Below are positions 7,574 through 16,994 of a DNA stretch of 64,000 bases, piece after piece. The first letter of the stretch is position 1. Each line of letters starts with the position of its first letter. The DNA lies in the NCBI GenBank assembly GCA_016183235.1, contig JACPFA010000003.1, forward strand, positions 39,560 to 103,559, given 5' to 3'. Made by a program: the position numbers and the translations under genes. The notes beneath the pieces are model-generated. The model was not told where the DNA came from. It saw only the letters and a program-made list of their open reading frames with translations, and did not search any database. This DNA is from Deltaproteobacteria bacterium. Its GTDB lineage: Bacteria; UBA10199; DSSB01; JACPFA01.

Positions 7574-8796
7574 CCCACTTGTCTCATGGCTTCCATCGGT
7601 TCTAACTTAGCGGCCTTCCAGGCTGGGTAAAAAGCAGCTAAGAGATTAGCACAAAGCACAACTAAAATGGCTAGCCCCACGTGTTCCCAATGAATCTTTG
7701 GATAAATAGTAGTGCCAATAAAAAAGTTAGAAAAGGTTTCTCCAAAACGAGAAAGATCGATCCCCCTTTTTGCCAAAATAGCGGCAATGCCCATGCCTAG
7801 GCCTGCTCCCATGACTGTACCCACAAAGGTAAGCCACAGTGTTTCTAGAAAAAGTAATAAGGCCACTTGTGGGTCTTTGGTACCAAGCGCCTTCATCAAA
7901 CCAAATTCTCGAATGCGCTCGATATAAGACATCATGAGGGTATTCAAAACTCCGGTCCCTAAAATACTCAGCACAATCACCACTACAATAAAAATCATGC
8001 GTTGTTGAAATTCGACTAATTGCGAAAGCATGGGTGCAATCTCTTCCCAAGGCGAAACTTTGTATTTGCTAAGGTCAAGTTTTGCGCGAAGTGTTTCAAG
8101 AATGGGCTTGATGGGAAGATCGGGATAAGTTCGAATGATGATCTTGGTTTTTTGCTGCTCCAAGGCCAACATGCGTTGCACAATGGGTTGATTCAAATAA
8201 ACTGTGGAATGGTCAATTTGATCCGAACCCGTCTTAAAAATCCCCACCACCCGAAAAGATTCGCCCACCAATGACCCATAGCGATCTTGCATCACCACCA
8301 CGACCTTATCGCCTAAACCCACTTCGAGCTGTTTGGCCATGGGTTCGCCAATCACGGTCTCATGCTCATCAGCGGTCGTAATATCGCGGCCTGCGGTTAG
8401 ATAATTTTTGGGGTTAAATTTATTTTCGGTCGCTGGATCCGCCCCCACCACAAAGGTCATCATAGAATTATTGGCTGAAGAAATAATCCCTGAGGTTAAA
8501 ATTCTTTCAACATATTTTTCAATGCCAGGGGTTTCGGCTAAAATCTTTCGCACTTCTGCGGGGTCTTCGATAAAAATATTAACATTGTAAAGACCTTCGG
8601 CACCTTTGGGATAAATTTGAATGTCGCCGGTAATAAGGCTCTTAATCCCTTCTTTCATTTGATATTGAAAGCCATCTACAAAACTCCACAAAAAAATTAC
8701 CGCCGCTAATCCAAAAGAAACCGCGCTAATCGTAATAAAAGATCTGCGTTTGTTGCGCAGGATATTACGCCAAGCAATTTTAAAAAAAATCGTCAC
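7570..8796 (-). CDS. ABC transporter permease, FtsX/MacB/LolC-E family
   Basis: 408 aa. N-terminal TM segment, large periplasmic domain, three C-terminal TM segments. Overlaps the ATPase gene. Confidence 0.8.
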   Translation of the reverse strand: MTIFFKIAWRNILRNKRRSFITISAVSFGLAAVIFLWSFVDGFQYQMKEGIKSLITGDIQIYPKGAEGLYNVNIFIEDPAEVRKILAETPGIEKYVERILTSGIISSANNSMMTFVVGADPATENKFNPKNYLTAGRDITTADEHETVIGEPMAKQLEVGLGDKVVVVMQDRYGSLVGESFRVVGIFKTGSDQIDHSTVYLNQPIVQRMLALEQQKTKIIIRTYPDLPIKPILETLRAKLDLSKYKVSPWEEIAPMLSQLVEFQQRMIFIVVVIVLSILGTGVLNTLMMSYIERIREFGLMKALGTKDPQVALLLFLETLWLTFVGTVMGAGLGMGIAAILAKRGIDLSRFGETFSNFFIGTTIYPKIHWEHVGLAILVVLCANLLAAFYPAWKAAKLEPMEAMRQVG

Positions 8797-9464
8797 CGAT
8801 CCTCCACCACTTCACCGTCTTTTAAACGAATCAAGGTTTGAGTTTTTTCAATCACCATCGGGTCATGCGAGGCCACCACAAAGGTCATGGCAAAAGATTC
8901 TCCCAATTCTCGAAAGAGAGAAATTAAATCTGCCCCGGTTTTGGAGTCGAGATTGGCCGTGGGTTCATCGGCTAAAACAAGGGCTGGATTAGCGGCAATG
9001 GCCCGGGCTACCGCCACGCGCTGTTGTTGGCCTCCGCTCATATGAATAGGGCGAGTATGAATATAATTAGCCAACCCCACCCGCACGAGTAATTCTTCAG
9101 CCCTTTGTCTGCGTTGCTTGAGCGCAACCCCTTGCAGCAACATCACATACTCAACATTTTCATAAGCGGTAAGCACCGAAATTAAATTATAGGCCTGAAA
9201 AACAAAACCGATTTTGTGCAAACGAAATTCTGCCAACTGGTTTTTGTTGAGAGAAGATAGATCCTGCCCATCAATCAAAATCTTGCCTTCGGTAGGGTGA
9301 TCCAGCGCCCCTAAAAGATGCAAGAGTGTGGATTTGCCCGAACCCGAGGGCCCTGCTAGGGTTACAAATTGACCTTGCTTGATTTCCAAATTGATATTCT
9401 TGAGCGCTTCCACCGCAATTCCATCGGAATGATAGGTTTTAGAAAGGTTTTTGAGAGTAATCAT
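8793..9464 (-). CDS. ABC transporter ATP-binding protein (LolD/MacB-type)
   Basis: [31 protein letters not shown]. Confidence 0.9.
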   Translation of the reverse strand: MITLKNLSKTYHSDGIAVEALKNINLEIKQGQFVTLAGPSGSGKSTLLHLLGALDHPTEGKILIDGQDLSSLNKNQLAEFRLHKIGFVFQAYNLISVLTAYENVEYVMLLQGVALKQRRQRAEELLVRVGLANYIHTRPIHMSGGQQQRVAVARAIAANPALVLADEPTANLDSKTGADLISLFRELGESFAMTFVVASHDPMVIEKTQTLIRLKDGEVVEDR

Positions 9465-9473
9465 GAAATACCA

Positions 9474-10244
9474 TCACTCTTTTTTGGTAAAATGTTGCTG
9501 GGAAAAAATCCAATCGGCGATTGGCGGTGTGGGATTAAAATCAATAGTCAGCAGTTTTAATAAAGTTTTTTCGCCCCCCTTGGCTACATTTTCCATGTCC
9601 CAAACGGTGGGCAGTAAAACTCCATCCATCTTTTTAAACTCCGTAAACTTCATGTGTTTGATCAACTTACCTTTTTCATCATAAAAAGATTGCGCTAAGG
9701 GCAGCAACTCTTCTTTCCACATCCAAAACACCACCTTACCCCAAACCACGGGTGCATTGGGTTTGGGTAAAAGCTCGATTTGCAAAACGGTTTTGCCCTC
9801 TTTTTTTTCTTCATTCAAAATTTGATGGGTGTAATCATCGATATAACTGGACTCTTTAACTAGATCGTCATTGGTAAAATCACTACCCATCCACGATTGC
9901 AGCATCATCGAAGGGGGAATCTTCATGACCTTTTCAACATTCGGCAAATAACTCCACAAGTTGTAGCCCAGCCTTAAAAAACAAGTGCCCTCGTCTCGCG
10001 CTGGCCCCAAAATGCGAAGGAAAACCTTTTTGTTTTTTCGATCATCCCAACTTTTAATTTTAAGGGTACGACTCCAAGTAGGGCGCTGCACGGTCATTTC
10101 ATGAAGGGAAACATTGATCTGCCCACGTAAGTGCTCGATCATGGTGGTAACCATGGCCTTGGCTTGTGGATCTTCAACCGGAGTCGCTAAAACCCTCACT
10201 TGCAGAAGAAGTAAAATCCCCCCTATCATTGTTAAAATTTTCAT
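9474..10244 (-). CDS. Outer-membrane lipoprotein-sorting (LolA-like) protein
   Basis: Signal peptide MKILTMIGGILLLL. Conserved SWMGSDFTNDDLVKESS block. The tracked ORF extends to a GTG at 10280. Confidence 0.65.
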   Translation of the reverse strand: MKILTMIGGILLLLQVRVLATPVEDPQAKAMVTTMIEHLRGQINVSLHEMTVQRPTWSRTLKIKSWDDRKNKKVFLRILGPARDEGTCFLRLGYNLWSYLPNVEKVMKIPPSMMLQSWMGSDFTNDDLVKESSYIDDYTHQILNEEKKEGKTVLQIELLPKPNAPVVWGKVVFWMWKEELLPLAQSFYDEKGKLIKHMKFTEFKKMDGVLLPTVWDMENVAKGGEKTLLKLLTIDFNPTPPIADWIFSQQHFTKKE

Positions 10245-10310
10245 GAGATGCCTATAATACCCAAAGGTTTGGTTTGTCACTCATTCAAGGGGACCTCAAG
10301 CCATTCAAGG

Positions 10311-11264
10311 CTATTTGCGACGCTTGGGCCGACTTTTAGTTTCCATTTGTTGAATCAAGCTATCAACTTCTTTTCTTTTTGCAACCATGAATTCGCTCAC
10401 TTTATTTAATGAAGAAGACAGAGGGCTATCATAACCTCGTAAAACATCTAATTGACCCTCTAACTCTGCTAGGGTGCATTTCAGATCCCTTGCATTTTCA
10501 CGAGTCACGGTTTGATCTCTAACTTTTTGAAATTTCGCCAAAAAAGTTAGGTTTGTAACATCCTTATCGTAAAGGGAAGTTAAGGCTCTCAAATCAAGCA
10601 TATCGGCTTCCCGAACCACCGTTGAGCGTTCTTGCTGGACGTATTCAAGAAGCCCCTCAAAATCAGTTCCATGATTTGTAATATCGATATCGCCAATTGA
10701 TAAAGACCGATAAAGTCCATCCAATTGATGCTTCACATCCAAGTGATGAAGCAGAAATCCTACCTGAGGATCAATCTTTCTAAACCTTGTATAGCCATCA
10801 TCATCAAAGTCATGTTTATCAGGATCTGCTTTAAAATAGGCTGTCACAACATAACTATCGTAAATTTTTAAATGACTAATTAAGTGATTTAAGGCGGTCT
10901 CTCGTAAAAGATCGCCTTCAGCACTTGGATCTTTCAGAGCATCGATGGCTTCTTTCGTGTATTTTTCGATAGATTCTAAATCTTGTGGAGTTGCTTCTCG
11001 TCTATCGCCTTTAAATAATCGGTAATCTTGCCAATGAGGGTCTTGACCATAAACACTTGAAACACTTGCCCCATATTGTAGAGTTTGTAAAAAATCTGGC
11101 CTCCCCAAAGGGCTTTCATCTTGTCTTAAAATGCTACAAGCAGGATCTTCTACATCAGGGCGACAGGCATTAAGCTCAGCATTGTTGCGCACTTCATAAA
11201 CCTGACCACCTACTTCACACTTCTGGTACCGAATATCATTGGAGGGGGAACATCCCTTAACCAT
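10311..11264 (-). CDS. Hypothetical protein (orphan, coiled-coil-like C-terminus, basic tail)
   Basis: ATG at 11264 preceded by AAGGAG 8 nt upstream. The tracked ORF begins at a TTG at 11306. Confidence 0.6.
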   Translation of the reverse strand: MVKGCSPSNDIRYQKCEVGGQVYEVRNNAELNACRPDVEDPACSILRQDESPLGRPDFLQTLQYGASVSSVYGQDPHWQDYRLFKGDRREATPQDLESIEKYTKEAIDALKDPSAEGDLLRETALNHLISHLKIYDSYVVTAYFKADPDKHDFDDDGYTRFRKIDPQVGFLLHHLDVKHQLDGLYRSLSIGDIDITNHGTDFEGLLEYVQQERSTVVREADMLDLRALTSLYDKDVTNLTFLAKFQKVRDQTVTRENARDLKCTLAELEGQLDVLRGYDSPLSSSLNKVSEFMVAKRKEVDSLIQQMETKSRPKRRK

Positions 11265-11295
11265 AAACCATACTCCTTTAACCCCCCTACTTTTA

Positions 11296-11389
11296 TATCG
11301 ACTCAAAGCAACGACCAGTTGTTAAAACTCATTAAAGATTTTTTAATAAATTCATTAAGTTGAGTATATTATGGCTGTTATTTGTACAC
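11296..11389 (-). promoter_or_regulatory. Conserved upstream block (copy 1) shared with the 12130-14514 gene
   Basis: TATCGACTCAAAGCAACGACCAGTTGTTAAAAC..GATTTTTTAATAAATTCA..GAGTATATT aligns with 14553-14650 at most positions. Confidence 0.6.
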
Positions 11390-11428
11390 GATGCATGATC
11401 AGATAGAGTCCACAAACCAAAGTTCGTT

Positions 11429-11483
11429 ACTTTTTAGTATACTTTTTAGTATAGTTTGACAAAGGTACGGATAATTGTATATA
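11429..11483 (+). promoter_or_regulatory. Promoter with tandem 12-bp operator-like repeat for the toxin-antitoxin pair
   Basis: ACTTTTTAGTAT x2 (11429-11452). TTGACA (11456-11461), 16 nt, TATATA (11478-11483). Confidence 0.45.
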
Positions 11484-11505
11484 CTTCTTGTTAGGCAAGC
11501 ATGTT

Positions 11506-11751
11506 ATGGAATTTGTAGGCATTAAAGAACTTAGTCAGAACACTTCAAAATATGTCAATATCCATGATTGGGTCATTGTCACTAAAAATGGTAAACCCGT
11601 GAAATTGATATTAGATATAGAGGGTGAGGAACTTGAAGATCTGATTTTGGCTAAACATTTTGATTTGGAAACCCTCGCAGAAAAGACTAAGAAGGAATAT
11701 CATAAGGAAAAAACAAGCACTTTCGAAACCTACTTGCAAAGACGTAAATAA
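11506..11751 (+). CDS. Type II antitoxin (Phd/YefM-like)
   Basis: About 81 aa. MEFVGIKELSQNTSKYV..VIVTKNGKPV, the typical antitoxin N-terminus. Lies directly upstream of the RelE-like gene. Confidence 0.7.
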   Translation: MEFVGIKELSQNTSKYVNIHDWVIVTKNGKPVKLILDIEGEELEDLILAKHFDLETLAEKTKKEYHKEKTSTFETYLQRRK

Positions 11752-11759
11752 AATCCCAC

Positions 11760-12056
11760 ATGGTCTTTGAACTTCATCTGACTAAAGTTATTCAGAAAGA
11801 TTTCGATCGCATCCCTCAAATTTGCTTTGAGAAGATTTCCAAAGAAATTTTGAAACTAAAACAGAACCCTTTCCCTGAAAAGAAACGCATTAAGAGAATT
11901 AAAGGTACAAAGCTACCCCTCTACCATTTACGTGTAGACACACCCAACGATTCTTATCGCATTTTCTACTTTGTTGAGAGGCCCAACGTTATTCTATTAT
12001 TACGTGCTGTTTCTAAAAAAACGGCCGATAGGGTTATTCGATCTATTTTAAATTAA
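11760..12056 (+). CDS. Type II toxin, RelE/ParE family
   Basis: 98 aa. ..LYHLRVDTPNDSYRIFYFVERPNVILLLRAVSKK pattern. 8-nt gap after the antitoxin. Confidence 0.7.
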   Translation: MVFELHLTKVIQKDFDRIPQICFEKISKEILKLKQNPFPEKKRIKRIKGTKLPLYHLRVDTPNDSYRIFYFVERPNVILLLRAVSKKTADRVIRSILN

Positions 12057-12129
12057 CCATGAAACTTTCTTGTCTATCAACCGTCGTACTAGCCAGTGGG
12101 GGCAATGGTTTTTCATCCGGATCGCCTGG

Positions 12130-14514
12130 CTACCTGGCTGGCCAAGCATTGGCGTATTCTGGCAAATATTTGTCATTCGCTAGAGTTTCAAAAAAGTCCC
12201 CCAATTGATCATGATCAATCTCCTCATTATGTTCACTCAACCATTGGTCAATTCGCAAATAAATATCTGACTTGAAAGCTTGGTAGGGCCATCGTGTGGC
12301 AACTTGTCTTAGCTCTTCACTTATTTCATTTTGTGAATTAAGCGCCGGTAAGGAATAGTGTTCAATAAGGTGCTCGAAAAATGCCAAGGTTACATAAATG
12401 CGTCTACCTGCCTTGGAATTCAATAAACTATCTTTGCTGGTGCGAAATCCTTCGTAAGGATCCACGAACGTTGGAACTTTGCTGCGAATATAGGCCGTAA
12501 TCATTTCTGGCCACAATTCATTACTATGAACCAAGGCATAAACCGACGGGGCTTGCTTAGGATTGGCAACCAAAAACCGGTGGAGGCCTGCAACTACATG
12601 ACCTTCATCAGAGGCAACAGCATTTGTAGCCCAGTAAGTATGTTCAAAAAAAATTTTATCAACCCAAGGAGTTATGATTTCTTGATCAGGTTCTTTAATG
12701 ACTTCATCGAGTGTATGACCCAGTTCGTGAATAAAAATAACATGGGCATCATCTCCATATAAAGCCGCTTCAGGAATAATGATATAAAATTCTCCGCGAT
12801 AGTAAGTGGTGCTTGGGTTACAATCCGACTCAATCCCACTAGTAAATAAATTAACTTGGTGTTCAAAGGCATCACATTCATCTTTATTTTTAGCCACTAG
12901 AATATTGATTCGACTTTTTTTAAGGGCAAATTTTAAAAGTGGGCTCCTCTCTAATACGGGCGTCAACACACGATGGATCACTCGGGAAATGGAATAGGCA
13001 TAGGACTGCGATTCATAGACCTTAGTCGTTTGGAATGGGATCCGATTTCCATTGGGATTGGTTACAAAATAGGGCTCGTCTTCATAAATCCCCATCCTGA
13101 CTCGCAAACGTTCCCTACCAGGAAATGCCCTATTTTTAGGGGTTATAAAGATCCTTAAACGATATTTATCCTCCAAAGCACCTTGAATTTCCAAAGTGGG
13201 TAATGGGGCCAAATTAGGTAAAGCTAGGGCTAAATGATCTGGAATACTTTTCAAAACCCTTCCAAATCCGTCTTCTCTGATCATATGAATTTTTGATTTA
13301 AAATTTGTTGGATTACCCATTAACTCCAACTCGATTGCTCGCGCATATTTTGTCCATTCCTGCCATAAATTGGTTGCTACCAACCGAAGCTCCCCAGAAC
13401 CATGATTCATCAAAGCCGCCAGAATATGTGATCGATAGGCATTGAAATCAGAAGGCGCGGCTATCGAAAAATGATTCAAATCTCCATCTAAAGGCAATCG
13501 CACATAGCAAGGAAAATACCGGTGACCCAAGCTAGTTATTTCGGCATCATCCGCATCGGCCATGAACATAAAAAGCTCAATAAATTTTCCATCTGCACTG
13601 GGAGCGGCATACAATACTTGATGATGAAATGGATTTTGTAAGTGTGGGTCTCTTTCTTTTAGATCAGAATCAGTAAAAAAATAACTGGCTTGGGGTTCCC
13701 ATGAAAAGACAGGTAATAACTTTTCAAGATGGGCTTCATCCATTCGAGGGTCTAGATAGGCACGAAGATAAAGGCGCAACACATTTGAAGGGTAGGTGTT
13801 ACTGGCTAATTTCTGCAGTAATGGCATAACATTTACAACTTTATGATAGGAAGGGATATCACTTAAACCAAAATCTTGAACAAAGATTTGTTTTAATACT
13901 GAATGCTCAGACAACAGATCTCGTTGGTAATCTTCATAAGTAAACACATGATCTTCACCAGCAATGTTTAATAATGACTGAAAATAATAATCAACTTTTG
14001 CTTGAATAGATTGGTTGCTTGCAAAATGACCCACGGAACAAATTTCATCTTCACCGCACATCCCTGGATCATAGGGTTTGCCAAAGGGGTCTTGAACCCC
14101 TCCCCCACTTAACCAATCATGGTTAGAATAATTCCCTTCTGCTTCGGTAAATCTCAAGGCATCCGCTGGATAAAAAGAGGTAAGCCCATGGAGGATTTGT
14201 TCATGGGGTGCCCATAAGGCTTGTTGGTAGAAATGATAAAGGGAAGTTACTTGGGATAGTTTTTCTTCAGCAGAATTCGAGGTCAATAAAATTTCATTTG
14301 CTTGCCTGGGAAATTGCTGGATCAAGCGATCTTGATAATCTTCAATTTTTAAAGTGGCCGCATGATTTTCTTCAGAGCTATAAATATCTAGCTGCCTCAC
14401 TGGTGGCAGTTCAAACTCCACACAACCTAAGGAATGAATTGTGGAGTTTCTCAAGATTTCAGCATCAACTTGAACTTTCTCAAGCTCTGGCAAACATACT
14501 TGACGGATACCCAT
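12130..14514 (-). CDS. Large orphan protein with an HExxH zinc-metallopeptidase-like motif
   Basis: 794 aa. FIHELGHTLDE encoded at 12715-12729 (residues 596-600). No signal peptide seen. Confidence 0.6.
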   Translation of the reverse strand: MGIRQVCLPELEKVQVDAEILRNSTIHSLGCVEFELPPVRQLDIYSSEENHAATLKIEDYQDRLIQQFPRQANEILLTSNSAEEKLSQVTSLYHFYQQALWAPHEQILHGLTSFYPADALRFTEAEGNYSNHDWLSGGGVQDPFGKPYDPGMCGEDEICSVGHFASNQSIQAKVDYYFQSLLNIAGEDHVFTYEDYQRDLLSEHSVLKQIFVQDFGLSDIPSYHKVVNVMPLLQKLASNTYPSNVLRLYLRAYLDPRMDEAHLEKLLPVFSWEPQASYFFTDSDLKERDPHLQNPFHHQVLYAAPSADGKFIELFMFMADADDAEITSLGHRYFPCYVRLPLDGDLNHFSIAAPSDFNAYRSHILAALMNHGSGELRLVATNLWQEWTKYARAIELELMGNPTNFKSKIHMIREDGFGRVLKSIPDHLALALPNLAPLPTLEIQGALEDKYRLRIFITPKNRAFPGRERLRVRMGIYEDEPYFVTNPNGNRIPFQTTKVYESQSYAYSISRVIHRVLTPVLERSPLLKFALKKSRINILVAKNKDECDAFEHQVNLFTSGIESDCNPSTTYYRGEFYIIIPEAALYGDDAHVIFIHELGHTLDEVIKEPDQEIITPWVDKIFFEHTYWATNAVASDEGHVVAGLHRFLVANPKQAPSVYALVHSNELWPEMITAYIRSKVPTFVDPYEGFRTSKDSLLNSKAGRRIYVTLAFFEHLIEHYSLPALNSQNEISEELRQVATRWPYQAFKSDIYLRIDQWLSEHNEEIDHDQLGDFFETLANDKYLPEYANAWPAR

Positions 14515-14552
14515 ACCATCTACTTTTTCTCCCCCCCATTGATTGGATATAT

Positions 14553-14650
14553 TATCGACTCAAATCAACAACCAGTTGTTAAAACACCTTGAAGATTTTT
14601 CAATAAATTCAAATAATTAAGTATATTTTGATTTATTTTTATACATAATT
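14553..14650 (-). promoter_or_regulatory. Conserved upstream block (copy 2)
   Basis: See 11296-11389. Contains TATACT (-10-like on the minus strand) and TTTTTATACATAA, which also occurs at 25092-25104. Confidence 0.6.
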
Positions 14651-14742
14651 CACTCTGCTAAAATTTGCCCCAACCCAAAGGCCTTAACAAAGGTAGCTAA
14701 TGACCTTAAGGATTGTACTCGCCATAATGACAACAGATTAAT

Positions 14743-14802
14743 TTTACTTTTTTTGGCATACCCAAAAAAAAGTATTTACTTTTTTTGGCATACCCATAAA
14801 AT
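14743..14802 (+). promoter_or_regulatory. 22-bp direct repeat x2 overlapping a promoter that would give a leaderless mRNA
   Basis: TTTACTTTTTTTGGCATACCCA at 14743-14764 and 14775-14796. TAAAAT at 14797-14802, 5 nt before the ATG at 14808. Confidence 0.45.
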
Positions 14803-14807
14803 AAGAC

Positions 14808-16046
14808 ATGCTTTCAAGAACTCTAAACTCCCTTTTAACAGACCCAACCATCTCCGAAAAGATGATGATTTTGGCAGGCCCTAGACAAGTAGGGAAAACA
14901 ACCCTAGCTAAACAGTGGGGAAACGCCTCTCTTAACGGTTATCTTTACTACAATTGGGATGACGAAAAAACTCGACGTTCTTTCAGAAAAGATTCAAAAT
15001 TTTTTGAGTCACAAGCAAGGGAAAAGGGGGGAAATTGTCGTATTATTTTAGATGAAATTCATAAAATTCCTCAATGGAAAACTGTTTTAAAGGGTTACTT
15101 TGATACTTTGGGAGATCAGTTCTCTTTTTTCGTCACAGGAAGTGCTCGACTTGAAATACTACAAAGAACAGGGGATAGCATGTTGGGCCGCTATCATCTG
15201 CTTCACCTCTACCCACTTCACCCCTTTGAGGCCGAAAAAAAAGAAACTCAAGTAGTATCTCCTGCCACACTCAACACCCACTATGAAGAAATTTTGGGAA
15301 CAACTCCCTGCAGCATTGAAACTATCAAAAATCTTCTTGTCTTTTCAGGGTTCCCAGAAATCTTTTTAAAACAATCAGAACGCTCTCTTACCCTGTGGCA
15401 TCGGGAATACTTACAAAGACTTATTCGAGAAGATTTACGAGATTTGAGTCGTATCACAGACCTCCTAAAGCTAGAACACCTTATTGAAATTCTCCCCCAT
15501 AAGGTTGGTTCTCCTCTTTCTCTAAATTCCCTGAGGGAAGATTTGCTCTGTTCTCATGATACCGTAAAATCAATGATTCATGCCCTAGAAAAACTCTACA
15601 TCATTCTTCTAATCCCCCCTTATCATAAACGAATCCCCTATTCCTTACGTAAAGAAAGCAAATTATACTTTCTCGATTGGACTCTGGTGCCTGAAGAGGG
15701 AGCGCGATTTGAAAACTTTGTAGCGATTCAACTCATATCTTTTTGTCACATGATCAATGATGGAGGTTGGGGTAATCTTGATCTGTTTTATGTAAGAGAC
15801 AAACAAAAGAAAGAGGTTGATTTTCTTATTACGAATAATCATAAACCCGTTTTTTTGGTTGAAGTAAAAATAAAACCTAGTTCGCATACCAAAGAACTTG
15901 AATATTTTGGTGGGAAACTTAGGCCTCTTGCAAAATTTCAGGTAGTTGCTGAACCCCATATATTTAAACAAATTAAAAAAGATCTTTGGGTTCTTTCCAT
16001 CAATCGATTTTTTAACCTCTTGTGGAAAGTGCCGGGCTTGGTATGA
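14808..16046 (+). CDS. AAA+ ATPase with C-terminal PD-(D/E)xK-like module (COG1373 / DUF4143-like)
   Basis: Walker A GPRQVGKTT, Walker B IILDEIH. C-terminal EVDFLI..VFLVEVK. Confidence 0.75.
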   Translation: MLSRTLNSLLTDPTISEKMMILAGPRQVGKTTLAKQWGNASLNGYLYYNWDDEKTRRSFRKDSKFFESQAREKGGNCRIILDEIHKIPQWKTVLKGYFDTLGDQFSFFVTGSARLEILQRTGDSMLGRYHLLHLYPLHPFEAEKKETQVVSPATLNTHYEEILGTTPCSIETIKNLLVFSGFPEIFLKQSERSLTLWHREYLQRLIREDLRDLSRITDLLKLEHLIEILPHKVGSPLSLNSLREDLLCSHDTVKSMIHALEKLYIILLIPPYHKRIPYSLRKESKLYFLDWTLVPEEGARFENFVAIQLISFCHMINDGGWGNLDLFYVRDKQKKEVDFLITNNHKPVFLVEVKIKPSSHTKELEYFGGKLRPLAKFQVVAEPHIFKQIKKDLWVLSINRFFNLLWKVPGLV

Positions 16047-16669
16047 CCTCAACGAATTCCAAAATTGTCGTTTTAGCAAGTGGTGGGATGGATAGTTGTA
16101 TCCTCATCGGTTGTGCGCTCAAAAAAAGTTTTCAAGTATGGCCGGTTTATATTCAAAAGGGTTTGCGTTGGGAGAAAGCTGAAATTTATTGGCTGAAAAG
16201 ATTTTTAAGCGCCCTAAAATCTCCTCGTCTCAAACCTTTGACGATTTTGAAACAGGAATTGAAAGACCTTTATCCTAACCACTGGATGTATCGAGGCAAA
16301 GGGGTCCCCAATTATACTTCTGCCGATCAACAAGTCGAAATACCGGGAAGAAATCTACTCATGCTTGCTAAAGCGACCTTATTTTGTCGGCAAAAAAATA
16401 TTCATGGAATTTGGTTGGGAACTTTAAAAGGGAATCCTTTCCCCGATGCCTCCCAAAAATTCTTTCAACTTTATGAAAAGCTCATTGCCCAAGGGCTGCA
16501 ATATAAAATCAAAATTAAGACTCCTTTCTTCAACAAAACAAAAAAAGAAATAGTTAAATTAGCTCATAGGCTACCGCTTCAACTAAGTTTTTCGTGTCTC
16601 AATCCAAAGGGTTTACAACCCTGTGGAAAGTGTAATAAATGTGCGGAGAGAGATAAAATCAATGTTTGA
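16043..16669 (+). CDS. Divergent QueC-family PP-loop ATPase (second QueC paralogue)
   Basis: SGGMDS PP-loop, IPGRNLLML, C-terminal CLNPKGLQPCGKCNKC Zn motif. ATGA overlap with the ATPase stop. Confidence 0.7.
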   Translation: MTSTNSKIVVLASGGMDSCILIGCALKKSFQVWPVYIQKGLRWEKAEIYWLKRFLSALKSPRLKPLTILKQELKDLYPNHWMYRGKGVPNYTSADQQVEIPGRNLLMLAKATLFCRQKNIHGIWLGTLKGNPFPDASQKFFQLYEKLIAQGLQYKIKIKTPFFNKTKKEIVKLAHRLPLQLSFSCLNPKGLQPCGKCNKCAERDKINV

Positions 16670-16994
16670 AAAACACATCTTCATTTGTATTAACGAACGC
16701 AGTGCCAAAGATCCACGAGGTTGTTGTAAATCTAAAGGGTCAGAGCAAATCCGCGAATGGTTTAAAGAAGAGGTCAACAAGCGTGGCTTAAAAGGCAGAG
16801 TGCGCGCTAATGCGGCGGGCTGTTTAGATCAATGTGCTTGTGGGCCTACGGTGGTTATTTACCCCGAGGGTGTTTGGTATACGGTCAAAACCAAGGCCGA
16901 TGTGGCAAGAATTATGCAAGAGCACATTGAGGGAAATCAGCCAGTCAAAGACTTATTTTTGACTAGATTACCTGGCACCTTTCCCTTAAAATGA
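16662..16994 (+). CDS. Thioredoxin-like [2Fe-2S] ferredoxin
   Basis: MFEKHIFICIN..GCCKSKG..AAGCLDQCACGPTVVIYPEGVWY. 8-nt overlap with the QueC-like gene. Confidence 0.75.
   Translation: MFEKHIFICINERSAKDPRGCCKSKGSEQIREWFKEEVNKRGLKGRVRANAAGCLDQCACGPTVVIYPEGVWYTVKTKADVARIMQEHIEGNQPVKDLFLTRLPGTFPLK

Noticed and set aside
11506-12056. The Phd/RelE-type pair as something novel
   Set aside because: This is a canonical two-gene type II toxin-antitoxin layout with an operator-like tandem repeat. It is reported as a feature only.
12526-13158. Small ORFs on both strands inside the 794-aa gene, and similar antisense ORFs inside many other genes (for example 7712-8274, 19356-19906, 43037-43438, 51428-52354, 62800-63307)
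   Set aside because: They are embedded in longer, better-supported ORFs and have no start context or motifs. These are expected six-frame noise.
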